In this document: piece after piece, positions 37,021-50,119 of the stretch
How the letters are laid out: each line of letters begins with the position of its first letter
Position numbering within the stretch: the first letter of the stretch is position 1
Origin: Chara braunii
Lineage: Eukaryota > Plantae > Charophyceae
Assembly (NCBI GenBank): GCA_003427395.1
Contig: BFEA01000002.1
Location: 3,514,718 to 3,578,717 of the forward strand
Direction of reading: 5' to 3'
DNA: 64,000 nt
Translations under genes and position numbers: made by a program
Notes under the pieces: model-generated
What the model was told of the DNA's origin: nothing
The model's database searches: none
Seen by the model: only the letters and a program-made list of their open reading frames with translations

Positions 37021-38468
37021 CTTAAAAAAGAAACGCAAAAAAAAAAAAGAAAAAAAAAAAAGAAAGGTTAGGTTTAGAAGCATGATAAGGTGGCTAGGAT
37101 GTCAGGCCGAAGAAGACTGGATACTCCCAGTAAAGCTAGTCATTTTGATTGAAAAGCGATAGTACAGGCAGTTAAATCCCCTTCAGTTGGGAAGGCAATC
37201 AATGCTGGCCGGTGATTTCTCATTTGCAATCTTGTGGGGTACGGAAAGGGACCTTCAGCAAAGCATTGTTTTTATGGGACGCTCGATTTTTCCAGCAGGT
37301 GCAGCAGTCCGAGGGCAATTATTGGCAATTGTGCCGATGGGGCCTGTTGAGATTAGTGCATAGCAGCTATGGAGGTGATGGCTCAAAGGAAGTAAGCTTT
37401 TTTTTTCTTTTTTTTCTTTTTTTTCTTTTTTTTTTTAAACAATCCCATCAGTGCTAACGACGGTGTTGCAAACGTCGTTAGCACCTAGGGCTAGGCTCCA
37501 TCTATTGGTGGGGAGCAGCACCTGCTGGAAAACGGGTCCAGCGTCCCTGATGAATGTGATACAGTTTGAGAATTAACAACACAAATCTGGGACAGGTCCT
37601 GCCAGCATTGATTGCCCTGGTATCCAGGGGATTGACTGAGCACGAGGTACTGAGGGGGGAGAACCTCTTCACCGAGAAACCGGCGCCAGATACCTGCAGC
37701 TGTATTCTAGCTCCTCCCACCCCCTACCCTTTTGTTTTGATACAGATTGATACAGAATGATGCTAGGACGGAGAATGGGATGATGTCTTGAAGGTGCCTG
37801 CCAGCATTGATTGCTCTGGAAGACAGAGGATTGACTGAGCAGGTGTGCATACGACCAAAGCCGTGGAAAATCCAACCACACAGCCACGTGACTCTTGACT
37901 GAGGGGTGGTCCTCTTCTCCCTTTCCCACCTTGTGCCTGGTCATGGGGACGGGAGGAGCCACTGGGGGGCACCAGTGGTTATTCCTGCCNTCTCCCTGCC
38001 TTTCCCGCCCTTCAACACTGTCCTCCCTCAGTCACCCCACTGGTAGCGTAATGGAAGCAAAATGGAAACAGGACTGAAACAGGACTGCAATTAGAATCTT
38101 GAATAGATCTTGAAGGAAATCCAAAATGANTGAAATGACAAATGCACCGAATATGCCCTGGCTAGAAGGCAGGAGAGCCACCCTCCTTACCTATCACCTA
38201 ATGTCACCTACTGTGTACTGCCCTCGATCCTCTTTTCTGCCCAACCCTCATGCTGCCAAACTTGACTGCAGCCGAATCAGGCAAAAAACTCAGACAAAGC
38301 AGACGAGCCAGAGCAGGGGAAAGGGAAGCANGGAAACAGGGTAAGAAAAAGGGACCCGGGTGGAGACAGGCTGAGACACAGGCAAGCAGACTAGCCAGAA
38401 CAGAAGAGAAGGAGGAAAACAGATGGGAGAAGACGGCAGGGATAAGCAGGACGTCCGGGACGTGTTGG

Positions 38469-41400
38469 TCAGCAGATTTCCAACGCGTATGGGTGGGGAG
38501 GGAACGGGTCTGAGAACTTTTCCGCAGGTCGCATAGGGCAACTGGGGTACACTGTCAGCCAATCCTTAAATGTCATTCGATAGTCTCTAGGCACCGGCTC
38601 TCGGGGGACGCCCTCCTCTCCCCCTTCTCCCTCCCAAGGTCCTGACCAGCGTATTTCTGCTACCCAGCCCTCCCGATCCCCACCCAACCACTCCCTAGAG
38701 AACTGTAGGAGCCGTTCGCGGATGTCAGTGACTCTGTGGAGGCTGTCTAATGTTTGCTTCAGTGTTTTCCATCTGTGGGAGAGCTCCATTTGAAAATGCT
38801 CTTTGAGTTGTTCCCTCCTTTCTTCGCCCTCTACCCTTACGTGCTCTAAAGTCAGTGCGCATCGTTGCCACCACAGGATCCACAAAATCGTTCGTCGGGC
38901 CAGGTGGAACATATTTAGTACGAAGATGTCATCTAGGAAGGGTGGGTAATGTCCCAATAAGATGGCCCGCCAATCCCACGGCCATGGTCACCCGGGGACT
39001 ATCTGTTGCCACACTCTATCCCACCACCTCCAGGTAAGAACAGCAGCAGGGCATTGTAGAAAAATATGCTCTATTGTTTCTGCTCTCTTTTTACCCGGGA
39101 AGCCCTGCTGGCATCGGTCACACCAAGGGAGCGCTCGGCCCTGCTGTTCTAACTGTGTGTGATCTATCAACCAATTGCTGGTGGGGAGGCACCGATGCAG
39201 GATCTGCCACTGCAATGATGTGATTTTCGCGGGTTTACATTTAATATCCCGGAACCATCTATGTTGAGGTGCCTTTGCCAGCGATCGACCACTGTGTCCT
39301 TTAGACATCGTTTAATTCTTAGCATGTTGTACGCTGTTTTGGCAGTGAGGCCGGGCAAGGTTTTGGGTTTGGGCTGCCTTAGATGGGGTCGTGGATCGGG
39401 GTTCCACACCCATTCCCAAGGGTCAATGGGGAGGGCCTCTATAGCTATCTCAGAAAAGAATGCCCGCCTGTTCCCCCCGACCTCTAGCACCCGAATTCTG
39501 TGTAATCTATCCTTCTGGACCCATTGGAAGGGAGTGCTGCTTCCTGTCAGTCTTCCATTCCTTTCTTCGCTATACCATTCGATCAGCACCTCCTGCGAGC
39601 GGACCATGTGGATAAGGCCGACCTTGTTCCCCCTCCCTTCCTTGGCCACCCAGTCCCCTTCCATCAGCACCCTTCCTTTGCGCAGGATGGGCCTCCAGCC
39701 CACCGGGAGAGCCTCCGTTATTTCTTCAAATGCAGTCTTTACATTATGGCAATACCGTCGTTCCTCCCTCATACTCTCCGGGCTCTTCCAGTCTTTCTTT
39801 TCTTCATCCCAGAGGTCGCCTACTTTTGTCACCCCATTCTTCACCCATCCTTTCCATGGGGAGTTAGAGCTGCAAAAAATCTGGCTCTGTTCGTTAGTGA
39901 TCCAACGATTCCCGAAGAGGGGTTGTCGTGCCACTTCTTCCCATCGCACGGGAGGTGGTCGATTAGGGGGGGGAAGCTTCCTCCAAATTTTTAACAGGTG
40001 GAGCCAGAAGTCGTCCCTTCGCCCTTCCCTTCCCCGGGGACGCCGTGGAATCCTCCAATAGCGGTCGTCTGACCATTGGAGAGGGTGGATGGTAGGGGGG
40101 CCTCAGGGGCAAGACGTGCAATTTGTTCTAAAGCGAGCGGCCTCCACACTGAAGGATTGTCAAAGATCAAACGTAAGACCCATTGTAGACTGAGGGCTTG
40201 GGATTGGCTAAGAGGGTCTAGAATACCCAGACCGCCCTTTGCCTTAGGTTATATAACTGAGTCCCACGCCACTCTGCTTATCGCATGGGGATTTTCGCTG
40301 TCTCCTCTCCATAAGTAGGCTGCCACCTTCCTCTTCAGGGCTTTCTGGGCGGCTGGGCTCAGCGGCCAGAGGACCGATTTGTACCACAGGGTGGCTAACA
40401 CTACATNTTCCTCTTCAGGGCTTTCTGGGCGGCTGGGCTCAGCGGCCAGAGGACCGATTTGTACCACAGGGTGGCTAACACTACATTGTTGATAATCAAG
40501 GCACGTCCGAAGAGGGATGTGTGCTGGTGGTTCCATTGCGAGAGTTTAGCAAATGCAGGGCTTGATAACCATCCATCATTCCCGGGGGGTTTGCCTAAAG
40601 CTGTCATCTTGACTCCCAAGATTCGAATGGGGGTTTCCGGGTCTGCCCAGGAGACCTGGTGCCCCTCCGGCGGGCGGCCCCCTTGATGATGGAGCCACCA
40701 TCCTATTGTTTTCTGTCCCCAATTGATGGCCATGTCAGAGAGGGTGCCGAAAAGATCCATGAGTCTATGAATTGCCTCCATATTCTGATGCGTGGCATTG
40801 GCCAAAATTGTGAGATCGTCGGCGAACAACGAGCAGATCGGAACTGCTTCCTCAGGGATGCCGGAGATCTCAATTCTCGTTATGTCCTTGCTCTGACGGA
40901 GGTTGGCAGCTAGCGCTTCCATAATAATAATAAACAGGAAGGGGGCGATGGGGTCCCCTTGTCGTACTGAACGTTGTAACCTTATCACTGGGGCTAGCGA
41001 CCCGTTGATCTGAACGCTCGTAGTAGCGTTCTGATGTAAGATACGTACCCACCGTCGAAAGCTGATTCCAAAATTTAAACGAGCCAGACATTTGTCTAGA
41101 AATAGCCAATCCACGTGGTCATAGGCTTTTTCGAAATCAATGAAGATGAGAGCGGCATTACTTTTGGACTGATGTGCCAAGCTGATCACCTCATTGATCA
41201 AGAGTATGTTTTCTTGTATGTTCCGATTACGCATAAAGCCGGTTTGGGCCGGGTGAATGATGTCTTCCATTATTTCTATCATTCGGTTGGCCAGAGCCTT
41301 TAACAGCATCTTGTATACTACCGTCAAGAGTGTGATGGGTCGGTAGTTCTTCATGTTCATTTTATCTCCTTTTTTGTGAAGCAGAGTGAGTACCCCTGCC

Positions 41401-43045
41401 CTACCAGTTCCCCCAACTCTCCCGAATCCCATACTGCCCTATAGAAGTTCATCAAGTCTTCGCTTAGGAGGGGCCACATGTCCTCCCAAAATTCTTTGGG
41501 GAAGCCATCTAGGCCTGGGGTTTTCTCTTCCTCCATTTGCATAAGTGTCATCCAGATTTCTTCTTTGGAGATCGGCCGGTCCAAATGATCTTTTTGTGAC
41601 GAGGAGAGGTGACCCTCGATTGGGCGTAAAAAGTCGTCTATCGCTTTTAGTCGGTCGTCCTCCGGCTGTGGGGGGATGTGAGAGGAGAAGAGATCTTTTT
41701 AAAAAGTTCTAGCAATCTTTACGCAATGTGCTGTAGTGGTGGCTAAGTCGTCGGAGACAGGATCGATCAGAGCTTCGATGGTGGTTCGGTGGGCTTTTAA
41801 AGAAGCTAGACTGAAGAAGTAAGAGTCCATGGTCCCTTCGGTTGACCACTTTGCTAATTTGCCTCGAATTCNAATTCCTTGCCAGCGGTGTTGTGCTAAT
41901 ACAAGTAGTTGGTCCTGCAAGNTTTNAATCTNCGGNATATGTTCATTGGAGTTGTCCTGGTTAACCAGGATGTGAAGTCTTTTATGAACCTCCATTTCTT
42001 GTGCGTGTCTTCTGTTTGCCAATAGTTTCGAGAAGTCCTTACATTTTTTGGCTAGGAAGAAGAGCCCGTTGGTGAACCAACGCACTTCTGAGTCAAAGGA
42101 GGGTTTCTGGTCCCTCCAAAAAGACCAGACGTCACGAACGTATGNGNNGAATGATTCGTCTTTGAGAAGGGAAGTATTGAGCTTGTAGTATCCGGGGCCT
42201 TGATCTGGGCGCTTCCGGAAGGAAAAAATAGCCCCGCATGTACAGTGGTCTAGNCCANGGTGGGGGCTTTGTGGGAGGATAGTGGATAGTTGCAAGGCAT
42301 TCTGAATTTCCTGCGAAAGCAGGATCAGATCNATGCGCGATTTTGAATGCCTAAACTGGTCGTTGGTACGGTGGCAGGTGTAAGTTTTGGCGGTTGGGTG
42401 TAGGNGGCGAAAAGCGTCCACCAGGCTCAGGGACTCNCAAAGATCTGCCATTATGCGCTCGTNCTCTTCTACATAATGTGGGCAGGGGTCACGGGATCCC
42501 CATCGGTCCTTTTCCCGGTCTNGAGCCGCGTTGAAATCTCCAGCGNTGATCAGTGGGATGCCTTGAGGGGCCATGGACTGGAGGTGAGCAAAGAAAGTGG
42601 CCCGCTCTGCAGTCGTATTGGGGGCGTAGATGCACAAAATGNTGATCAGTTCTAATTCTAACATGCCGAGGATCGATACCCACCTCCCCTGCTCCTCATC
42701 TGCCACCCAATGAACCACCTCTAATCGTGACCCAGGCGGGATCCAGATGGCCACCCCTGCTGATCCTGGTGATTTTGCGTGCGCTCTAAAGGCCTGGTGA
42801 TGCCAAATTGAATTATGTGTTCGGTGGTGTTCCGGTTTGTCCATTAGGTGAGTTTCCTGAATGCAAATGACATCTGGCCATGTCCTTCCCCCCACACCTT
42901 TCAGCTGATCCCAAACGGCTTGGCGTTTCGAGGGATTGAAAGAGGCCAGTCCATTCACGTTCAGGGTCCTAAGGTCGAGGTCCGCGTTACGGAGGCAGTG
43001 CTTCCACTGAGGATTTCTACAGTATAGGATCTCTATTTCGTTCAT
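38469..43045 (-). pseudogene. LINE ORF2 (APE-RT-CCHC)
   Basis: LNVNGL, ICIQETH, AGDFN, FIDFEKAYD, VRQGDPIAP, SLFADD, CDRC..ETIEHIFLQC; frameshifts. Confidence 0.95.
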
Positions 43046-43068
43046 ACTGGCTGCCTTGGTTTCTCTAC

Positions 43069-46000
43069 CTAGATACGCGTCCATGACTTGGCGGACCAGT
43101 CGGTTGTGCACAGCAATCCATATCGAAGGACCTTTGATAAACAGGTTAAGAGGTCTTCTTGTGACAAAAAGGCATTGGCAATGACGTGCTGGAGGGGTAG
43201 CTCCATCAGTGCTCCGTGGCCGAACCACTTTAAGTTGGAGTCCTTGTCCTCCTCGAATAGGACGTACAGGTCTGTTGTGGCCACCCTTATCAAGCCCTCG
43301 AATTGAGGGAGGGTTGCTAGCACGCCTNCTGGGTAATGTTGTCTTAGAAAGNGGTCGGNCTTTTTCTTGAAATCACTGGCCCGTGGGCCCGGNAGAGACC
43401 AGATGTTGTAGAAGCCCCATCCNGGCAGCGTGTAACCTCCGTGCACCGGAGAGAGGCCGATCTCCATCCTATCGTCTGCATGTCTCAGCGGAATGACTGC
43501 CACCCCATCTTTTTGGAGTAGGTTCTTCTCGTATTGCCCTGTTTCCACCATGTATCTGAGTTTTTTGTGGCGGGNTAGGNTGGTATGGGGTTGCTCGCCT
43601 CCACCCTCTTCCTGGGAGGGTTGTTGTTGCACAGGGGGGTGGAAGTGTTGGGCGGCCAGGTGGCGGATCCGCTGGAAGACTTCAGCCCAGGTAGTATGCG
43701 GAGGAGACCCTTCTTCCAGGGCACGACGCAGGGTTGGGCTCTTATCGAGTAAGGGGAAGAGTTGAGTGTAGGAGTTGTCCCAAAAGTCCCACGTGGCGCC
43801 TGGATATTGGGCTCTAAAGCCGTCTATCAGCCAATCGGCAATAGTCCTAAGTTTGAGCTTCATGTCCATGTCAGCCAGGGGGGCGTTGGTGTCCCCCTGT
43901 TGATCTATGTCCATTGCCGTCACGTCCGGGGGAGGGGGGAGAGGGACTGCAGGCGCCTCGATATCCATTGGCTGAGGCCCGAAAGCCCCTTCTAGGTAGT
44001 CCCTTGGGGAGGTTTCTTCCTGAGTAGATGAATCCTTTTGCTCCCTGGCCCCCTTCCTTACCTCATCCCGTGACCCTTGGATATTTGTTTGCTGCTGTTG
44101 CTGTCCCTTCCCATCAGACGGTTGTTTGCNNGNGGGATCGNCTGNTGGGAGAGNTATTTTTATCTGTGTTCCCCTTGGCGGTGCCTGGAAGTATGTGGCA
44201 GAGATCTTGAACAGTCTTTGTAAAATCTCAGGCCACTGCTGTGGGCCGGTGGGACCCTGCTCCAGAATGGTTTGCACCGTCAAACTACCCTCGAGGGCAT
44301 CTTTCAGTTGTGCGTGGGCCTGAGGCCAAAAATCCGACGGGGCCTCCTTGTGCTGGGATTGCAGTCCTGCCATAATCCATTCTGCAATCTTGAGTGTAAA
44401 GAGGGCGGGGATCTGAGTGCTATCAATTGGCGTTAAGTTGTCCCCGCCCTCCCCACTCCATTCCAACAGGTTCGCATACGGATCCTTTGTGAGTATGCAA
44501 GGCTGGGTGCAATTGGCGGGCTGCGAACTGTTTTCCTTTCCGCTTTTCTGAATTTGATGAGGCCGACTCACCATTTGGGACGTGGCTGCTGAAGACGCCA
44601 CCTCTCGTCCCTCTGGTCCTCCGGATTCTACTGCTGAAGACACCACCTCCCGTCCCTCTGGCCCTCCGGATTCCACTGCCGAGGTGGCTTCCTTGTCATT
44701 TGACTCTATTTCTTCTAAAGCTTTTGCTGCTTTTGCTGCTTCTTTGTTCTGATTAATTGGCGGTAGTTTTTTCCCGTGCTTTCCTTTCCGTGGAGCAGTT
44801 TGTTGCAACAGGCTCCCCTGATCCTTCAGGTACCCTTCCGGGGTTGGACCTAGCTGCCTCCCTCCTTGCTTATCTTGCTCTGTCGGGCCTCGTGGCTCTC
44901 GGGGGGAGGTGGAGACCTCCTTTGAGTGCAGGTGAGACTCCACCGTCTTAGGAGGAGTCCAGGTAGGAGACCTCCTTTGAGTGCAGGAGACTCCACCGGA
45001 TGGTGAGAGCATGATGGATCAGTGTAAAGGTGGCCATAAGCTTGGCACTTGAAGCACCAAGGTCGAAGCTTGTCGGCTGTATGAATTTTGTAATCTTTGT
45101 CTCCCACCCAAAAGGGGATGATGTCATCCACCGAGAAGGGGAGCTCGTGAGGAAGGTCTATTGCAAGCATGAGGTAGTCGTCCCTTCTGGCGACATGGGG
45201 GGGGAGAGGATCGATGAAGTCAATGATGTCGTACTTTTCCCCGAAATCCTGCACAAAGGCTGCTTGGATTTCGATTAGGATGTGCCGAGATTCAACCCAG
45301 AAGTTGTCAGACATCATTTTCTCTCTTCTTTCCTCTGGACGCTGTCGTTTGGGGGGAGACCATGGATAGATGCGCACCTCTGACCTTTCACAGCGTATCG
45401 CTCTCCATCGATCCATCGTTAGTTTATCCGCCTCATGTCTACAGATAACAGTGATTGTGGTGGATGAGATGGGTTGGAGAAGAAACAGATCATGTGCCTC
45501 CTCCATATTTCCTTTGAGAGAACCCAGTCGCTTCCGTATCCATGCTACTTTGTCATTGGTGGATTTGAAAGCGGCGTCGTCGTGGAAGACCCAATTGTTG
45601 GCGTGGCGTATGTATAGATCATTCCTGTCCCTGACCTTGTCTGCGGGGAGGGATTTGATCAGCGAGGATTTCCCTTTTATATTGATCACTTTGGGCTCAG
45701 ATGGGGTCAGGAGTTTTGTTAGGAAGAAGGCCCCTGCTGAGGACAAGTTATCTAATGGGATCTTCCACTCCCGCCCTTCCCCCTCTCCTGTCCGTTTGAT
45801 TGCGATCGAATGGCCCACGTTCGGTCTGCGCAAGCGTTCAGCCCATGTGGGGGGAGGAGAGGGGAGGGTGTGGGAGGTGGGGGCTAGGGGAACCGCTGAC
45901 CCCTGTGGCTGTTGGGCGGCTGAAATGGTTTCCTTTATTACTTTGGAGGCCTCGCCCAACAGTCTACCCGCTGCGTGTTGCCTCATCGCCCCCCGGTATA

Positions 46001-46073
46001 GCAGTGTGGAGTCAAGCTTTTTCTGCACCCTTTGATACTTGAAACCTGACTTCGGGTTGCTTCTAGGCTTCAT
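43069..46073 (-). pseudogene. LINE ORF1 (~1000 codons) with zinc knuckle CFKCQAYGHLYTDPSC
   Basis: ORFs 46073-44850 and 45012-43069 are joined by one frameshift in a duplicated segment (44911-44998); homologous to copy 1. Confidence 0.85.
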
Positions 46074-49000
46074 GGATCTGTCGTGCTGGTTCCTCCCCCT
46101 CGCGTTTCCGGGGGTGGATTGTTAGTATCAGTCGACGTGAAGTGATGTGGAGTGCGCAGGAGGAGTCAGGCCAGGGGGCACAGTCTGATGATCCGGTGAG
46201 GGAATCACGATGAGGGACGAAGGTTACGAGTGGGGACTGAGTCCAGGTGATAGGGGAAGTCGCTGTGCAGACAGGGAAGATCTGGGCAGAGCGGATGATG
46301 AGCTGGCAGAGCCGGAAATGAGATTGGGGAAGCTGCGCGGGGGGGCCAGACACCAGGAAAACAAGCCAGTCTGACCCGAGAAGGCCGAATGATGAGCTGG
46401 CAAGGAGGGCGAGGAGGGAGGGCAAGGGGCAGGGGGGGGAAAGGCGGGGTCAGGTGAGAGGGATGGAGGGGACACGATCGCAGGGTAGCAACGGAGCTGA
46501 TTGATTGGAATTGAGTGGGCGCCGGGGAGGAGAGACGATCCAAGGAGCACAGAGGAGCGGGGGACGGGACGGGATCTGGGTCGGGAGACCAATCACCAGG
46601 AAAAGCGGCCAATCTAACCCGAGGAGGCCGAGTGTTGAGCTGGCAGGGAGGGCAAGAAGGCAGGGCCAGGTGGCAGCGGGATGATTATTCGGGGTTGAGG
46701 GCGAGGTAAAAGGGAAGGCGGAGGTTGAGGGGATCTTAGGAGGCCGGGCCAGGGGGTGAAGGGTGAGATCAGATGGATCTGATCGTTGACGGGGCAAGTC
46801 AGAGGGGCGACGAGGAATCAGGGGCAGAGAGGTGAGATCGGGGGGAGGGCAGTCGAGGGTGAGATCGGGGGAAGACAGTGATGTGGGGGGAGCCGGGTCG
46901 GAGGGGGGGCAGGTGGCCGGGAGGGAGGAGGCTGAACCCGGGGAAGGGGGGTCGGCGGGGGGGGTCGGGGCCGGGGGGGGGGGGGGGGGGAGGTGGCCGG
47001 GTGAACACGGGGAGGCGGAGTTGCTCGGGGAGACGACGACAGGATGTGCAATCTGCTCGGCGAAGGGGGGAGGTCGGGGGGGGGAAAGTGAGATCAGATG
47101 GATTTGATCGTCGACGGGGCAAGTCAGAGGGGCGACGGGGAATCAGGGGCAGAGAGGNNNNNNNNNNNNNNNNNNNNNNNNNNNNNNNNNNNNNNNNNNN
47201 NNNNNNNNNNNNNNNNNNNNNNNNNNNNNNNNNNNNNNNNNNNNNNNNNNNNNNNNNNNNNNNNNNNNNNNNNNNNNNNNNNNNNNNNNNNNNNNNNNNN
47301 NNNNNNNNNNNNNNNNNNNNNNNNNNNNNNNNNNNNNNNNNNNNNNNNNNNNNNNNNNNNNNNNNNNNNNNNNNNNNNNNNNNNNNNNNNNNNNNNNNNN
47401 NNNNNNNNNNNNNNNNNNNNNNNNNNNNNNNNNNNNNNNNNNNNNNNNNNNNNNNNNNNNNNNNNNNNNNNNNNNNNNNNNNNNNNNNNNNNNNNNNNNN
47501 NNNNNNNNNNNNNNNNNNNNNNNNNNNNNNNNNNNNNNNNNNNNNNNNNNNNNNNNNNNNNNNNNNNNNNNNNNNNNNNNNNNNNNNNNNNNNNNNNNNN
47601 NNNNNNNNNNNNNNNNNNNNNNNNNNNNNNNNNNNNNNNNNNNNNNNNNNNNNNNNNNNNNNNNNNNNNNNNNCCGGGGCCAAAGGGCGCTATCGGCGGG
47701 GGGGGGGGGGGAGGCGGGGAGGGCGGAGGTTGAGCTCGGGAAAGGCAGGTCGGGATGCGCTCTGATTGAGGGGGAGGTCCGGGAAGCAGGCGAACATGCG
47801 TTCAGGGGGAGACTGTCTTGGGGGGAGCCGGGGCTAGAAGGATGATGGGGTGCTCTCAAGGGGGATGAGGGAAGCTACTACCATCTATATTCCCTCCCCG
47901 AAAACGCCATCCAAAGCCCATCCATCTCTAATTGTCCGATTGTCGTGCAACGCAAAGGTGACGAAGAGTACCGGGGTAACGAAGAGTATCAGGGACAAGG
48001 GAAGGAAAAACCCATAAAAGCACGCAGCCTGAAAGCCAGGGGAGAGGGGATGAGACGCGCAGCTTGACTAAAAAAGGGGGGGATCTGCTGACGAAGCTAG
48101 CTGATGAGTCGAGAGGGGATGGGAAGAGCGATGAGGGAGGTTACCCGGAACTTGAAACTTGCTTCATGCGCTGCTCCACTGCTGCAGCCTGACGCTCCCC
48201 CACCGCGCTTGTTTCCAAGCGCGGGGCCCCAAGGAGAGCGCTCGGCACCAGCTGCCTCCGTCGCCGTAATCGATGATCCTTCTTCCCCCAGTTCCAACCT
48301 ATTTTGCTCTCGTACCCACCCTCTTCCAACCCATGTCCTCTTCTCTGGTCCTCGCTCCTCCACGGTGTCGTAGCTGCACGCCTTACCCCCGTCCACTCGT
48401 CACCATTGCAGATGAAGAAGTTCGCCCCCTCCTCCTGGCTCCAAGACCTTCCTTGCCCTTTCCAACTCGTGCCCGATGCCTTTCTTCCTCCCCGGGCTCC
48501 ACGATTCTCTTACCTACTCGTGTCGTTTCTGATTCTCACGCTTTAGTCTCCTGCGCTTCTCCGACCACTTGCTATGGAGAAAAGGATGTCCTACCCGTCT
48601 TCCCGCAGTCCGCCAGCCTCACTCACGTTCCCCCTTTTCCTCCTGTGGTGGACGTTTCGTTCTCCCACGCTCCTCTCGCCGTAACGATCACGAATCTCTC
48701 GCACTTGGGTTTTTTGCAAAGGCTCACTCCACCTCTCTCTCCACTGATAAATCGCCTTGGTTGCCACGTGTCAGAGTCGCGGCGGCTGTGGAGACACACG
48801 TGGAACCCTCTTGCAGAGGGTCAGACCACCAACCACGTCAGCCCGTGACGTGGCGTGGCCCAGCGCCAATGAACCAACCGCGCGTGCGCTAGGCGCCAAG
48901 AGCTTGATCTCAAAAGTTTTGTCAACGGCAGCCGGCTCAGACAGGCATGCAACACACAGCTCAACTACATCATTTCTCGATATTTTTCCTTGAACCAGCC

Positions 49001-50106
49001 ATGTCGACGAAGCCTCCAACCGACAACGCGCAATCCTCAAAGGTAGTAAGCTTTATGTGGCAAAAGTGCTATGTTCTTTCTTGGAAAGCAGGAAGCTAGC
49101 TAAAATAGCAACGAGGTCATGCTCTCATGGAATGAACATAGCACCAGTGGCATCTGGCTCTAAGCCTTGCTGGAGTGGGGTTTGACAAGTTGGACTGGCG
49201 GAAACGTGACGCAAAGTTATTTTTCCTTTTAAGTTGGCCGCCTCGAGTTGCGTTGTGAACACATCTTCGGCCACGTGTATACGTTACAGTCGGCCAATAA
49301 ATCGGCCCATCACATGTACGTGAGGCACCCGCGCCCGAGCTGCGTTATTGGCATACTTCTGCATGGGTAGGAACATGATTGCATTAAGGTGAATTCGTAG
49401 CATGGAATTCGGTGTCCCTTTTCGAGTAACAGATCATGATGTTTGAGGGACCGCAAGTACCTGGATATCAGGGAAGCGAATAGTCCTCTCATCAATTGCG
49501 ATCGAGGCTCCCCGACTTCCCGCATCAGGCGGGAGATGCGCGTGTATGTGGGTGGGATCTACAGCAAGCCATAGGCCGCAGGCCCCCAGGCCAGGCAATA
49601 CCCCGACACACACACGTAACTTTCAGGTTTTCGTTGAGCTCGGGTCATCGTCGTAGAAATTGAGTTCCCTCCCTACTATCTTATTCTCCCCTATCACCAT
49701 CTGACTGTTATCCCCTGGGGTGCATTGGCCCCCTACTGACTGAGAACACAGCCTGCGGCTGAGACCGTCCGCGTCAGACTCTGAGATCTGTGAATCCCGT
49801 AGGCGCCACGCGTTTGAGGAGCGGGATACCCACTGTGCTCCTTCCATACGGATCTGCCCTCGGCGCCGAGCCCGGCCGTCCTAAGTACCCGGCCTTGGAA
49901 GCTGCAAGCTGAGAAAGCCTTCTTTCCGTCTGAACCTCTTTGCATTTCGGTCCTTGGAACCTTGACACAGGAGATCCCAGTTCCGACCTGGGACTCCAGC
50001 CCACTTTCCTAAAATCCTTGGCACACCCCTTTTTTGCAACTTTCAGGCCCGCTCCCACTCCGATCAGGAAGGCGCGCTGGGCGTGATGTTTTTTTTTTTT
50101 TTTTTG

Positions 50107-50119
50107 ATAACTTCGTATA
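50107..50119. other. loxP half-site, possible library adapter remnant
   Basis: Exact ATAACTTCGTATA next to a homopolymer; only 13 bp. Confidence 0.4.

Larger units (their letters stand above)
37398..47900 (-). mobile_element. Near-full-length L1/Tx1-like LINE (copy 2), inactivated
   Basis: Long pyrimidine-rich repetitive 5' UTR, ORF1, ORF2, ~1-kb 3' UTR with modules D, D, C, a 12-bp hairpin and poly(A) (poly-T at 37398-37436 on +). Confidence 0.9.
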
